A program made the translations under genes and the position numbers. From Anthoceros angustus (Eukaryota; Plantae; Anthocerotophyta): a DNA stretch of 64,000 nucleotides. The stretch covers positions 253,994-317,993 of the forward strand of contig VJWM01000218.1 in assembly GCA_010909165.1 (NCBI GenBank), in the 5' to 3' direction. Positions 15,307 through 29,644 of the stretch are shown here, piece after piece. The notes below the pieces were generated by a model that saw only the letters and a program-made list of their open reading frames with translations, searched no databases and had not been told where the DNA came from. Numbering within the stretch: position 1 is the first letter of the stretch; the number at the start of each line of letters is the position of its first letter.

Positions 15307-16991
15307 CTAAAACGTATCGTCAAACACATTCCTCGGATCCTCATCCTCCTCCTCCTCCTCCTCCTCCTCCTCCCCGCCAAGCCCTAAAGCCCCCCCGGAA
15401 AGCTCAAAAAACCTCGGACATTGATCCGATGAACTCGAGCTGTCCATCTCCAGCTCCACACCATCTGCAACACGCACGCTCCCGCCGTGCTCCAGCACGG
15501 CCAAGTACATATCCTCCAAAACCCTACCGGGAGACGCAACGGCTCCAGATCCGCCTCCGGACTCCACATCCCGGCTCCCAACCGCTGCCTCCACCTCCAT
15601 ACCCGCCCGCTTCTTCCTCTCCGCCTCCTCCTCCTCCAGCGCGAAGGGAGCCGGCACGTACGGAGGCCTGGCCACAAGCTCCAACCCCTCCCAATCCACC
15701 CCACTGAAAAACGGATGGCTCTTGATCTCATCCGCGCCACCACTCGCTCCCAACCTCCTGGTCGGGTCCTTGATCAGCAACCTCTCCACCAAATCCTTTA
15801 TCGGCCCCGGGGGGCCCGGCATCACCACATCCTTACAGATGATGTTCACAAACGTGCTCTTCCTGTTCTCCCCCTTAAACGGGGTCCTCCCGCACACCAT
15901 CTCATAGATGAGAATCCCCAACGTCCACCAATCCACCGCCTTGCCATGCCCCGTTCCCCACACAACCTCAGGAGCAACATATTCCTCCGTCCCCACAAAG
16001 GAATAAGTCCTCCCCGTCTCCTTCTGCACCTTCTGCCGCTCCGTCAGGGCCTCCAACGGCGTCACTCGCGCAATGCCGTTGCCGTTTGCGGCAAACTTCC
16101 CACCCGACCTCGGCCTCGGCCTCGGCCTCGGAGCCGCACAGGCGAAGATGGCCCGGAGCCCTAGCCTGTTCCTCCTCGGTCGAGGAGGCGCCTCGTCCAC
16201 CACCACCGCCTTCGTCACGTACTTGTCTCCCACCTCCTTAGCCGAAAGATCGAAATCCGCAAGCATGATGTGCCCGTCCTCCTTGATGAGGATGTTCTCC
16301 GGCTTCAGGTCCCGGTAAATCACGCCCTTGGAATGCAGGTACTCCAATGCTAACACCACCTCACATGCATAGAATCTGCAACATCCAATTATCCCATATC
16401 GATCAGCAATGCTGCGTTCCACTCACCGGAACTATGAAGCCACCTCATTTCCCGAGGCACAAACACAAGAGAGTCGAGAGTCGAGAGTCGAGAAGAGAGA
16501 GCAGCGATGTAATCCCCGCAGCACAAATCAGAAAGGAGTCGAGAAGAGAGAGCATCTCGTTACCTAGCTGCGGCCGGTGAGAAGAGCTTGTCCCCCTGCC
16601 GATGTCTCAAGGCGTTGAGATCACCTCCGCATGCGTAGTCCATGACGAGAAAGCGATGCCGCGCCGTCTCGAAATCGGCATACAGGGTGGGGAGGAAGGG
16701 GTGGTTGAGGGAGGCCAGGATATCCCTCTCCATGTCCGCTCGGAAGAAGGTGTCCCGGGCCTTGAGGACCTCCTTTTGCATCACCTTCATCGCGAAGGGC
16801 TCCTTCGTGTCCACCCGCGTCACCAGATACACGGTTCCCATGTCCCCGTTCCCGACCATCCGCAACGGGGCGAAGTCATCCAACGTGAACCTGGCGCCAC
16901 CTCCATCTCCATGGTCAGCTTCCTCCTTCCCCTTCCCCGTTTCCAGAAAGCTGAAGTCTGTGTAGGCGTCCAGGGCCTGATAAGGCGGCAT
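15307..16991 (-). CDS. AGCVIII Ser/Thr kinase, AGC2 (OXI1/UNICORN-like) type; exons 16991-16564 and 16375-15307
   Basis: [29 protein letters not shown] in place of DFG, an insertion between subdomains VII and VIII, and [13 protein letters not shown]. Confidence 0.92.
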
Positions 16992-17604
16992 TCCCACTCC
17001 AAATACTTCCGACGCAGAGGACGAAAACCCTCTCCCGATTGCGATCTGTCAGAGGGCAGGAGAAGCAGAGCACATATGGCTGATGGAGAAGGCGATGCTG
17101 AGAGAGACGACACACCGAGATGAAGTACCGAGACAGTGAGCGATGGTGGCACGGGAGGGGAGGATGGAGGGAGGACGGAGGGAAGCGGGAGCGAAGCATG
17201 CAAGGAAAGAGCCGCCGGAGTGAGTACGTGTGGCAGCCTTCAGAATTCGTCTCTTTCGGCCGGGCTTGCCAGGGAGTGGCAGGTAATGGACACCAGTATG
17301 CGCTTTTACAGCGCAAGACTTGAAACCAGTAATAAGCGCTGGGGCCTGAAGCCTGCCAGCGGCCCAGCACGAAAGAGCCAGTGCAAGTCCCGTCCGGGCG
17401 GGCCCACAGCGCCCCCCGCCCTGATCTCCCAAATCCTGGCGCAGGAGCGCTGGGACCTGGAGTCATCTCTGGGGCCGGCAGTTGCTCCACGTGCGCCCGG
17501 GCTTTGGGGCGGCCTCACTCCTGCCGTTCCTGTCCACACCGCCCAGCCCGAGCATCGTAAATGCCCAGCGTCCTGAGGCGCGTCGAGGTCCTTGACAATT
17601 CGCA

Positions 17605-17730
17605 TCACGTTCTAGAAGGTTGCAAACCATCCAGCTGTTTAAATGGTTTCAACTTTTTTTTCTCAATCACGTTCTAGAAGGTTGCAAACCATCCAGTTGT
17701 TTAAATGGTTTCAACCTTTTTTTTCTCAAT
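17605..17730. repeat. About 62-bp tandem duplication
   Basis: tcacgttctagaaggttgcaaaccatccag...ttttctcaat occurs twice. Confidence 0.85.
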
Positions 17731-17870
17731 CCTGGGCTTGAATCTCCTGGAATTTCGCACACGCCAAGTTGTGATGTAAGAGGCAAGTCGGTTACAGCAT
17801 GCTGTGTGGAAATTTTGTTTCGGTGGATCATTCGAGAGAATCTGCGTGTTTAGGTTAGGCGTGATCTGAT

Positions 17871-20800
17871 CTACGTAAGGTCTGATACGTCTGTTAGAGC
17901 GCTTTTCTTTGTCAATCTCCGGCGCTTTGGAGGATCCGGTTGTGGTGCTTCTGTCAGTTGAGAATTGTTGCTTCCCACGCCAGCCGACGGTTGACGGGTG
18001 TCCTGGTCAGCTGAAGTGGGATCCGGTGACGCCGTTTTTCGGTTGGCGTCTTCCGGGGTGCTGGCACAGAGTCCTGATCGCTTCTTCCGTGCCGAGAGGC
18101 CACACGATGGGCGAAGGGATGGGCACACGTTTTCTGAGTCGTCGTCTGACCGATTCCCGTCTTCAGAGCCTGCTGATTTGGGGCTGCCATCGCCGTCTCC
18201 ACTGCCTTGGGTGGTGGTGGTTGGGTCCTGACCATGCAGCTGAGTGCTTCTGCGGAAGAGAGGTAATGCGTCGTCGTCGTCGTCTTCTGTTGAGGTTCTT
18301 GTCGTGGAATGCGGAGTCTGTTCTGGGGCTTGCTTCCTTCGGATTGTGGCAAGGGGGACGTCGTCATCGGAGTCCGTGGCACGGTCCCCCTCTGATGCCA
18401 GCTTTCTGATGGCCTCCGCGCTTCTGTTGCCGAGCACATTCCGGCGTCGTTCCATGGGGGGTCGAGGATGGTCGTTGTCCGTGTGCTGTGCCTTGCTGGT
18501 TCTGGTGCCACGTTGGATTCCCATCTGCTTGAGCTTGCGCCCTATTTGGACTGCTGAGAAGGAGCCCTGTGAGTCCAAAGCTTCCGCGATGAGCTTCAGG
18601 CAGCTGCGCTTGTCCTTAAACCTGCACACACAGGATGCTTGTTATGCTCTGCGTGGGATGAAGTGAATGTTTGATGGGTTTTTGAGCATTTCACAGGCAG
18701 GTCAGTGTGGGGGTTAGAGTGTTACTGCTCAAACAGCTCCTTGATTCTGCCTTCTTGCTCCTCGTTGAAAGGCCCTGCTTTTGGTCTCCTTTGAAGCCGT
18801 TTAAGCTTCGCATTTGCGTGACCATCTTCCCTGCAACAGTTTCATCATCAGTGCCGGTTTGGAAGTTGCAAACGAGTCAGAACAGAGTAGGAACAGAGTT
18901 TGGCAGCATACTTCTGGAGAGGTGCAGGCCCAGGTCCATCATCGCCGAAACCGTCAGCAGGAGGGTCTTCAGGAAGACCAGCCTCCTCTACAGGTCTCTC
19001 CTCGTACTCATCTTCGCCAAGAGCATCCTCCATTGCTGTCCATCTTCGTTTGCTAGGACCAGCATCCTTGATTCCAGGTACGACGTCTGGCTCGTCATCC
19101 CCCAATCCATCGTAAGCGGCATGTCCTCTCTTGACATGGCTCTTCCTCCCATCACGTAATTTGTCGAGCATGTATTCGGCAGTTATGTTGTGACATTCTC
19201 GTCTTGTCTTCCAGAACAGCAGCTCCACGAACAACAAGGGCTGCGACTTTATCCTTTTGAACATGTTTCTGACGACCTTGGTCAGAAAATTGCGAAGAGG
19301 TCGATGCTCTCCCGCAGTTTGGACATACTTATCTGAAAGGATGACATGGAAGATCTTCAACAAAGAAATCTGCCACACGTACCCAGGAAAGCATGCCATG
19401 TGAGCCAATAAATCAGACAACGGAGGTTATGAACAGACCTCTTGACAGCAACAGAAACGTTGAGCACCTGATAGAGCAGAGGCTCAAGGACGCAGTCATT
19501 GCTGATCCGCTCCAGCATGCGCACTACATGTTGGTTTGTTGCAATAGAGTTTTCCTTGTAGTAAGACAGTAACCAGCAGTAGTTTCGGATGACCGTGTTG
19601 TCTGCGAACTTTCCTGCATACTTCCTGATGTCCAGGCTTACCTCCTTCACCTTTGGTTGCTGTTCTTCAGCCTCGGTTGGGCCCACATTCCCGGATGTGG
19701 TCATACTGCAGTCTTCAGTACCCATGTCCCTGTCAGACTTGTCGGAGCCCATGTTATCCGGATCATCCAGTGTTTGCACACAATCTTCACCAGCGCCTGG
19801 TCTTGCACATTCAATCAAGCTCCCCTCTGCGGCTGAAGCACCTGTTGCATTGTCATCCGGATCAGTGGGTTTTTCAGGAGGTTGAGCTTCTTCCATGTCA
19901 GCTGCTTTAGCTTGCGTCTTTTTTCTGCCTCCAATGTTTCGTGCTTTCGTAAGTACCTGGGGCAAGCACAGCGTTATTGCAGCATTTGAACCGCAAGAGG
20001 AGCATTCTTCCGATCGAAAACACCACTTAGGTTAAGTGGAAGGTACAGAAACAGAGCATCTGGAAACAGGCCACCAATGCAAAATCTTACCCGCATTGCA
20101 CCGTCTTCCTCGTTCAGCCCTTCGAGCAGCTCCAGCACAACATGAGACGTTTCTACCAAGTCTGTCAAGTGTCTGCACCCATTGTGAGCAGATGATGAGA
20201 ACACCAGGTTTCATGTTCAACTTTATATGCTTAGATGTCGTCAACAAAGTGATGATGTCTGACCTGCGGGGTTGTTTGTGGATATCAAATGATTTGACGA
20301 GCTGGAGGAGGAAGTTCAAAATGCCGTTTTCAGTCTGATCATAGAAAACCTTGTACAAGAGAATTCGTGCTACCCGAATTTCCTGCTGCCCCTCTTTGTT
20401 CTCACGGTCTGCAGTCTTGAGAACATTGTTCAACATGTGGATCTGTATATCCTCGCACAACAAGGATTGAAGTCAGTAATCCATTCACAAAGGCAGCAAT
20501 CTCACGGCCCAGAATCACAGCCACAGCTCACCATGCCCTTCAGTAAAGCTCCAGCACAGTGCAGAGCCTCCCAGTTGTTAGTCTGCTTTGCAGAATCCGC
20601 ATACTCATTCCACTTCGATATGACCAAAGTGAACATGTCCTCATCCATAGTCGAGGCAATAGGCCCACAACGACGTCCTTTGACAGGTGTGTTGACCTCA
20701 GAAATGGCATTGATTGTCATCTCCTGCACCGTAGTTTCAGTTAAGTCATCAGCCAAGCAAGAAGACATTGAAACTGATGCAGGCTCTAAATAAATGCACG

Positions 20801-22536
20801 ATCCACAACAGCAAGTAAGTTGGACAGTGCAAGTACCTGAATGCGGGCAAACTTATGGTGTTGATAGGATGTAAAGAACTCAGCAACATGAAAGAAGTGA
20901 AGAAAGTCTGAAGCTTGCAGGCCAGAGCGTTCTCTTCTAATGTCTTCCTTGACTGCCTGCATCAGGACTGTGCTGCGAAACTCAGAACATAGCCGAGAAT
21001 GCACACCGTTTCCAAACAGCCTCAACTCAGGTCAACACTTACTGTTATATCCACTGTCCAGAAACTGATCAGCCAGGTCCTTCAGAAGCACCAGCAGCTC
21101 TGTGCTGCATGTTCCTGCTTTATGCACATCTTGCGCAATGCGTTTCACTGGGCCCCGTTTAATTTGCGGCTTCCTCAACATGCTCTCAAGTGGGGACTGG
21201 AAGGGATTCTTAGATACTACACTCTTGGAGCCATCCTGTTGTTGGCAAGCTATGTCGGGACTCCAGCTCGTGAAAGCAAAAGCAAGACGACGATGGCAAG
21301 ATGGCTAAGTCAGAAGAAAATACCTGACCAACTTTAGTGTACGTCCCTTCAAATCTGGCATGACGAGAAAGCTTCTGAACGTTTCGCCTCCTCCGCTCCT
21401 CTTTTTCCTTTTCCCGCAAGGCACGGAGCATATCTGATGAACTGCTGGCTTGTTTCTGTTCCTGCAAGTGATGTTGTGGCTGCAGTTAGCTTCACTACTG
21501 TTGGCCAGATCCGAAAACCAGCTCTCAAAGGCAGACCCTGCTACCTTCTCTGCTGCAGCAGCAACTAGCTCAGGTTGCTGGGCCCAGAAAATGTAGTGGA
21601 AGATTTCGACCATGAGCAGGTTATCATGCCTGAGGAAAGCTCTGGTTCCACCCATGTGTTGCACCAACGCCAGCAACAGATCCATCACACTCTCACGGAA
21701 GAGCCTCAGCACAAGCTCATCCTTGAAGAAGGGAAGCAGAGTTGCAGCAGCTCCTGTTTGCTGAGGAGGGTCGCCCAGGAACAACAGATTCCTGAACAGA
21801 GTCAGCATGAGCTGCACAAGTTTCCAGTCATCTTCCGTAGTGGCTCCACTGCAGGAGACAACAACCGAGTGTGAAACAGCTTCCGTGATTCAGCTCCTGC
21901 ACAAAGACACAAAACCATGCTCTACAAGTTCTACCTCTCGAGGTGCTCAAGAGGCTTCTCTAACTGAGTGACGATGACACCGATCGCATCCTGCTCCAAG
22001 AAGGCGTCTTTGAAGCCTCGCAGATACTCGTATTGCAGAGGTAGATTGGTGGACGTGGGCTCGACAGGCATGGTCAAAAACACAATCACCTTCACTGTCA
22101 CCCCAAAACAGACGACAGAAACCCATGTCACTCAAATGATCGCATTCACAAACACATCTGGCAGATGACACAGCAGAGAGACACTTGTGTACCCACCCGC
22201 ATTCAGAACAAGCTCGTTATCAGCACGGTAAGTCAAGATGATCGGGACCAGATCGTGCCGAACAATATTCCACTTGCCCAGCTCGAAAAAGACCTCACGC
22301 GACTCCGGATGATCACGGCGCATGTAGCGTTGCAAATCCTTCAAATTTTCTGTCTCACACCAGAGGAAGAAGGCAATCAGCCACAGCCCAACAAATGCTG
22401 AAACGCACCATGTTCCAACAACCCAGCATGACCCATCAGTACCCAGGCAATCTTCGCCTTTCACATAGCTTCCACCGCCGTCGATATTCGCCTTGTACGC
22501 TCCTAGCCCGCCGCAAACCAGAGACAGGCCTTCCAT
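17871..22536 (-). CDS. TIM: TIMELESS/Tof1 family protein (multi-exon)
   Basis: MEGLSLVCGGLG, YVKGEDCL, NLKDLQRYMRRD, LGKWNIVRHDLVPI, VKVIVFLTMP, RHARFEGT, LEPLLYQISLL, PLLFVELLFWK. Confidence 0.92.
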
Positions 22537-23214
22537 CGTTGAAGGCCTTCCAGCTTGCCTTGAGCCCAAAGCTTGCTGAATTCTTCAAGCGCTTGTCATT
22601 TGGGCTGGGAAGTCAATTGACAAAACGAATCTGTCGATGTTCAAATCCGTTCCGGACCTCGACAAGAGCACATCTGCGAGGGAGGATGAAGAAAGCACTG
22701 CTTTGCCTCCGGAATGCTTTTGAATAATGCGCTGTTCCCGCGCTTTGAAACGCTGGTGACACGTCCATACACGCCAGGACGATTTTCCAGTACTTTCTTT
22801 CCAATGCCATACAAAATCATGGATTATTTACAAGTACTAAGGGCTCACCTAGTAACTCTACCAAAACTATGACAGCCTTCCAGTGTCTGCAATATGGATC
22901 TGCGTATGGATCCTGCCTAGTGAAGGTGGCTTTGCTACGAATCAAGCGAGGAATGTTGCCTACTGGTATGTACCGAGTGGCTCCCGGGCAAAACTAGATA
23001 CTGTGAGTACTCGTGTACTCACAAAGTCTGGGAAAGAGACTCGCACACAAAAGCAAAGATCTTAGGAATGTCTCAGGCAATGTTGACCACCATTGGTAAT
23101 GGCTTGCTGCCGCTCGTTGCCCTGCCATGCTTGCTTTCGCTTGTGCCTCGGCCAAGTGTGACTTGTCTTGCTGTAACAAAAGGGATAGAACGGAACTCGT
23201 CCGGGAAGCCGACC

Positions 23215-24401
23215 TCATTTATTTTTGCATGAGATGCCACGGCAAACGGAGAGCCAGATTATGAGAGCGAGGACAATGATGATGGCTACCACAATCAGCT
23301 TCACCTTCATGTTCTGAAACCACATCTTCCGTCGAAGCTGTCTACCCTGCCTTTGGAAGTTGTCAGCCTGCGGACAGACAGCACGCTGTGAGCTTTCCTT
23401 GTCTGGCAAAGTCATGGAAGCAGTAAAATACAGTCTGTCCAGTGTAACAAAATGCTCCACAACTGAACATCACACAGTCAGAATTTTGGTGTTCGTAAGA
23501 ACCAGCCTTATTTTTGGCACCAACGAGCACCACACTAACCTGAAAACGGAGATTCTCTGTCTTGTCAACCAACAGCTCAATCTTTTCTCCCCTATCCAAA
23601 ACCTTCTCATCCGGAAGCAAAGTTAGGTTTTCATAATGCGACACTCGATGCAACTTCAGCCACGAAGTGAAAAGCAAAGGTTGATTGGTACCAATTGCCA
23701 GTAAAGCTGCAGTCTAGGTTACAGCATGACCACTTACTCACCTTCTCAATGTTGTCCTGCATAATACCCTTCACTTCTGAGACCTGCGCTTTGATCTTCG
23801 AAAGCTTGCTCATCTCCTCTGGATGATCAACACAGTACTGCATGTGCTCTTTCAATTTCGGGCTGAAAGCAACACAGCATACAATCATGAGAAACACCGC
23901 CTAAGCTCGTTAAAGTCAGCCAGATCATTGTGCTGCAGTCATATACCCAAACTCCTTGTCAAGACTGTGAGCAATAGCAGTGTCAGCCTTCCCCCCGCCA
24001 TATTTGCGAGTAAAGTCCTCCTTAATTCGCTCCAAGAAAGCAAATGGTATCGCCCTTCCATACTCTTCGTCTGCCACCACGAGATAGGCTGCAAAACCAA
24101 ACCGAGACACATCACCAGCCAGCTCGCAGCACGGTATCACCACATCTCCTTTCTGGATCATTGAACTCTGAGGACAAAAGGAACAACATGCGACAGAGCA
24201 AGGCCACATACTAAACCCTTCCTCCACCAAATAGTTGAACGTATGCCGATCGCAGGTGTACGTGAACTTGTTATTGTTGCTAGGCAGCTTCTGCAGACAC
24301 TGTATGGCCACCGTGCTGAAGTTCCCCGAGAAGGCAGTGTACTCTGCTAGCACCACCGTGCCCCGCGCCACAAAGCTATAGATTAGAGATTGCTGCCCCA
24401 T
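23215..24401 (-). CDS. VAMP72: Vesicle-associated membrane protein 72 (longin R-SNARE), 5 coding exons
   Basis: [65 protein letters not shown] followed by a TM segment. Confidence 0.95.
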
Positions 24402-25169
24402 CCTACCAAGCCTGCAGCTTCTCCTTAGCTTAGGTCAGGAAAAAGGTCTGGAGGTCAATTGCCGCTCTTGCAGCCGGAGAATGACTTGGCCGTGCTAGAT
24501 CAGGTCCTCCACAAGAGCAGTCCAAATTCAAGGTGCCGTTGCAGGTGGTCCGTACTCCCTGCCGCTGGAAAATTGCCGTTGCCTGACGTCAAGTCCGCAC
24601 AATTGTCCCGAGCTCCCTGATCACGCAGTGCGACACGCAGATGCACAATTTCACACAACGGACATACACTTGGACGGTGAGGACGAAGCTGGACAAGGGT
24701 TTGGAGGCAGTGGAGACCGGCGTGGGGCAAGGAGGGAAAAATCCTGTAGGTCGAACGAAGGGGGAAGGAGCATGGAGCAGAGAGTACTCACTTGAGGAAC
24801 AGGCGGAAGCCAGCTGACATGGCCGGAAGCCAGCTGCTACTGTGACGCGTAGTCAGGGAGCGTGTGACCACGGTGCAGCAGACAACACGAAACTCATCGC
24901 CTCAAGACCTAGATAATTTTATTCACTGTTAAATGTTGTTCAAAGATTTCTTACTTTCCATACTAGGTATCGATAGCTAGGTAGGTACTCATTTTGATCA
25001 CGTATAGCATGAGGTGGAAAATTGGAAAGGTGTTACCTTAGATAATATTTGTGTTTTAATTAAGTTAAATTATTATATTTTAACTTATTTTTAGGGCTTA
25101 GTCCTCTTTGTGCAAACTGTGCGTGAAGCCACACCCCCTTTTCCAAAGCTGTTGTACCCACACTTTTGC

Positions 25170-25620
25170 AAGCTTGCAGGCTCACATATGTCACAGTACC
25201 AGGGAACAGCAAGGGTTCTCTAATATCCTTTCAGCATGGTAGTCCACAGCACAACATCCTTTCCACGGAGTCCATCAAACACCTTTTGAGCATCTTCCAA
25301 GCTTCCACACTTTGCATCAGTCCACCAAGCAAGTACCTAGAAACGGATGAGGCTCAACCCAACTGGCCAATGCATTCGCACGCACCTGATGGCCAGTTTT
25401 TCAGTTTGCTCCCCTTGCATAAGCCTGTAGGGCTGCCACAAACACATGGCTATCTGGCATCCCACTTGATCTGCATCGGATGATACCGCTGTACGGCCTG
25501 CTTAGCCACTCCATGTTTTTGACATGGGCAGTGATAGTGGAAGAGAAACATCTGGCATGGAGAAAACGGTGAGCACATCCATTGCCTTGCAACTTGCCAT
25601 GAGCTGCATACAGCCGAAGG
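25170..25620 (-). pseudogene. Degenerate PPR remnant, an inverted homolog of 28410-28790
   Basis: The reverse strand matches the gcaatggatgtg(t/c)tcacc...ccagatagccatgtg block at 28420-28570, and has frameshifts. Confidence 0.6.
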
Positions 25621-26119
25621 AATCATGTGGTTGGACAGGAACGTGTCATACCCCCCTTTCAAAATCAGAGTATGAACAAGGCGACCAGAACCCGATCCTT
25701 CTCACCATACATACTTTCAGCACAGAATAAAAGCAGAGATTGGAAAAAACCCAACTGTCACTTCGACCCAGAACTCCCCAGCCAGACATTTCCCGTCAGG
25801 AGCTGAATCTGTTGCAAGGCTTCTGCCTCTCAAGGCCTCATTGATGGCCGAAGGTGCACACCCTGAAATCAGGCAAGCTGTAGCAGTTCCTTCACAACCT
25901 GTTCACCGACGAAATGAGTCCTTTTGAAATGCACTCTCCGGGCGCGCATCAATCGGACATGCAGACGCTCACCACACAATGCATTGAACCGTGCGTGAAC
26001 CGAACAGCACGAATTGCGAGCACAAAGAAGTGAGTTGACGACCCATACAACCCACATTGCTTAGAAAACATGTGACTTATTATTATATACTGCATACTCC
26101 ATCCCAATCGTCCTTCTCT

Positions 26120-26400
26120 GGGACATGCAATAAAATCTTACAGGAGTACGCTTTGGAGGGGGGAGCAGCTTATGCACAAAGTTTAGAGCAAGAACGGTTG
26201 CAAACAGAGGCGTTTGCGGCCAACAGTTTGCTGACCATGTATGCAACGTGTCGGGAGCCTAGTGGATGCCCAGGGCTTGCTTGATGGGCTTGGTTAGGAA
26301 ACTGAGGAGACTTGGAATGCCGTCATAGCAGGCTATTCGCAGGAGGGCATGATTCAGGAAGCCTGTCGTCCCTATAAAGCCATGCAACAAGGAGACATGG
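26120..26400 (+). pseudogene. Degenerate PPR remnant
   Basis: EAFAANSLLTMYATC...ETWNAVIAGYSQEG; similar to 29100-29300. Confidence 0.65.
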
Positions 26401-26586
26401 CTAAGATTCTAAGAAGCTTTGTAAGATTGCTTGAGGTGGGTAAGGTTGCTAAGTTTCTTCTGGTCCTCCCGAGAAGCCAACAGCATCTGCAATGGACATT
26501 GTTCGTACAGACTATTTCACTCTGAGTGTGGTCAGCTGCCGAATATGGAGCTGACCTCATGCAAGCGCCCTTGCAGATTCCTCTAC

Positions 26587-27634
26587 TTAGTCATCATCCT
26601 TGTATGGGTACTCCTCAGGAACATGTTCCGTCAACTTCAACCGAATTTCATAAGCATCGTCACCTCGCAGCACATCGCGAACGAACTTCACTTCCGTGCG
26701 CATAGAGACCTGTCAAAAACACTTTCAGTCCTGCCGCTTTCACATCAAAGACGAACTTGCAGCAAGTGAAAAAAATGGGTTAGAGACACACCATTTCAAG
26801 AGCTCCTCTTATCACACCGCACAAGACATTACAGTAGTAAAGCCCCTGGCATGTTTCAGGCAACTCTACAAAGTCGACCAGGGGATTGTCGTCCAAAATA
26901 AGGCTGCACTCTGTGTTCTCAGCGTTCCAGTTGCTGATTGTGCCTGCAACACCCAGGAACATCTTCAGGCCGATCTGCAGATGAAAACCAGATGGTCATA
27001 AAGAGCAATACCTCACAGACCGAGATGGAACCATCAAACCCCCTCTGCTCTCACACGCAGAAAGGGAAACGAATATCACACAATTGAGACTGCAAAATGC
27101 ATGCCAGATAAAAGAAGATGCAAATCGAAGGGTTCAAAACAATCAATCAGTATCACACTCCGCACATGTTGGGCAAGCATCAACCTTGGCAATGACCTCT
27201 GCTGTCTCCTTGAAGTCTGTACACCTGGAGATGTTAGCTTTCGCTAGAAAGTCATCTACGAGCCGAATCCCAATGTTGTAGCCCCTGCAGACATGAGAAG
27301 AAACTCAGAACCCTAACTCGTCCATCAAAGTTCCAACCTTTCTGCCACTGCCTTGCGTACATAGTGTCGAGCTGCTTGTTGACTTCCTCTACTTCCTCAA
27401 AATCTGTAAGCAGCTGTCTGACAATCGCACCGTAGGTCAAGGTAAACAGCTCGGCATTCTGCAATCCACGTTACACCATCAGCAACGCATTTCTCCTTGC
27501 ACACAGACACCACGAGGGCCCATTGTGCAACCCAGCTGAGGATAGATCAGAAAACGAAATCGAGAAGGAAAGGTCCGTACCACGCGCTCCATGGTGGAGA
27601 AGACAGCATCTCCAGGCCTCAACGAGGGCGCCAT
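26587..27634 (-). CDS. BET3: TRAPP complex subunit 3 (Bet3/TRAPPC3), multi-exon
   Basis: NAELFTLTYGAIVRQLLTD, GYNIGIRLVDDFLAK, LILDDNPLVDFVELP, YCNVLCGVIRGALEMV, ending EEYPYKDDD*. Confidence 0.95.
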
Positions 27635-28399
27635 GAGGACGGATGCCAACGAAAATAGAGTTTGCGCTCGATATTCAATATTCAATTGTTGCACGAGGAC
27701 CTCAAAGCGTTAGCGTTCATCGCGAAATTAGCTAAAATACCATCTCTACGTATGTAGTCACTGTCTAGGTCTTGAAGCTACCACAGCACCTACGTGTTGG
27801 TGGGAAACCGGGTTCTCGAGGAAGAAGAAAAGAGGAAGTCCATTATCGTCCATTGGGATGGAATTTTTCCATATCATGGTACTTGGTACTTCACAACTTG
27901 TACCATGAGGTGCCTAAGCTGCTGGCACCAAGGGCATCCACTCCTTTTAGGCACCCCATCGAAAGTGCCGATCGAAGTGCAGAATGCTTAACATGTTCTC
28001 AGAAATGTGTGTCCATCCGGCCTAAGCCATGTGGACAAGTGCTACAACTTGGCTGATTTCAAGGTCTGCATGTTGGGAAACAACCAGGAGCTTTTTTGGA
28101 GAGATTATATCCCGGGTCCTGGCGGTATCGGAGGCAACGTGAGAAATCTCCTGTTCTCCCCACCTCCGGCATATGAAGTTCCATTCGGTCATCGGGCATG
28201 AAAATGTTGACAAGCCAGCGTGGGTGGATTATTGTGGCACTCTCAGGCCCGCAGGATACGAAAGGGACCTTGCAGCCGAACCCGCGAGCAAGGGGGATTG
28301 AGCAGGGGCCGCTGAATCCCCCTTGTTCATGCACTGATTTGGGAAGGAGGGGATGAGTCGGGCACGGTGTTGTGCAACCACATCCTTCGATCGTATGCT

Positions 28400-29350
28400 G
28401 CTCATCGCAGGTTGCAAGAAGCAATGGATGTGTTCACCGTGGTTTCCATGCCAGATGTTTATACCTGGTGTTCCATTACCACTGCACATGTGAAAACATG
28501 GGGAGGCTCAGCAGGCCATACAGCCGAATCATGAGATGTGCAGATGAAGTGGGAAGCCAGATAGCCATGTGCTTGTGGCAAGGCTAAAGGCTTCTGCAAG
28601 GGGAGCAGACTTGAAAACCGGGTACCAGGTGCATGCGGATATATTGGGCAGCCGAGTTGAGCCTCATTCGTTTCTTGGTACTTGCTTGCTTGGTGGACGT
28701 ATGCAAAGTGTGCGTGCAAGGTTGGAAGGTACTCAAAGGGGTGTTTGATGAACTTGGTGCAAAGGATGTGGTGACGTGGGTCTAGCTTGATAACAGGATA
28801 CCTACATATTCCCAGCAGGGCTTCGGTCAGGAAGCCCTCCGGCTGCAAAGTGCCATGGAAAAAGTAAGCAGGCATGTGCAAGTTTGGGTGCCCCAGCTTG
28901 GGAGGACGGGGAGCAACTGCATCTTGAGATCGAAGAGCAAGGGCTTCAAGCTTATGATTTTGCAGCCTACAGTTTGATAAACATGTATGCCAAGTGCGGA
29001 AGCCTGGAGGATGCGCACACCGTGCTTGATGAAGTTAAAGCCTGCTGCAGGCATGTGCAAGTGTTAGTATCCCAGCTTTCGGCAAGGGGAACCAACTTCA
29101 TGCACAAAGCTTAGAGCAAGAATGGCTTAGATGTGTTCGTGTGACCAACAGTTTGCTGACCATGTATACGACGCGGAGCAGCCTGGTGAATGCCCAGAAG
29201 ACTGTGGAGACATGGAATGCCGTGATAGCAGGCTCCTCGCAGGAGGGCATCGTTCAGGCAGCCTGTGGTCTCTACAACGCCGTGCAACAAGGAGGCATTG
29301 CTCTTGATTCTGTGACGATTTCGTGCCCCTTGCAAGCATGTGCGTCAATT
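28400..29350 (+). pseudogene. Decayed PLS-PPR gene
   Basis: [32 protein letters not shown]; many stops and frameshifts. Its 5' part is homologous to 40600-40760. Confidence 0.75.
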
Positions 29351-29644
29351 GCTGGATGCCTGGATACAAGATGGCGGACCGCTCTGGTTAGCAGAAGCTC
29401 TACCCAAAGCATACAGGTATCTGGGACTCTGTTTGGAACCGGGCTCGTCGCAGACCCACCTTCCCATTCTAGGAGGCAAGAGATGAGACTTGATAAATAT
29501 GCAGAGATGAGAAGTGTCATCCACACCCTAGAGGGCCCAGGCCAATTGGACTAGCCCCGCGAATGCTTACCTTGAAACTAGTGACCTAGCGTCTCCAAAT
29601 GTCGTCAAATACTATATTACGATTACGTTGCGTGATGCTTCCCT

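Noticed and set aside
15129-16164. Pro-rich plus-strand ORFs
   Set aside because: Antisense shadows of the GC-rich kinase exon.
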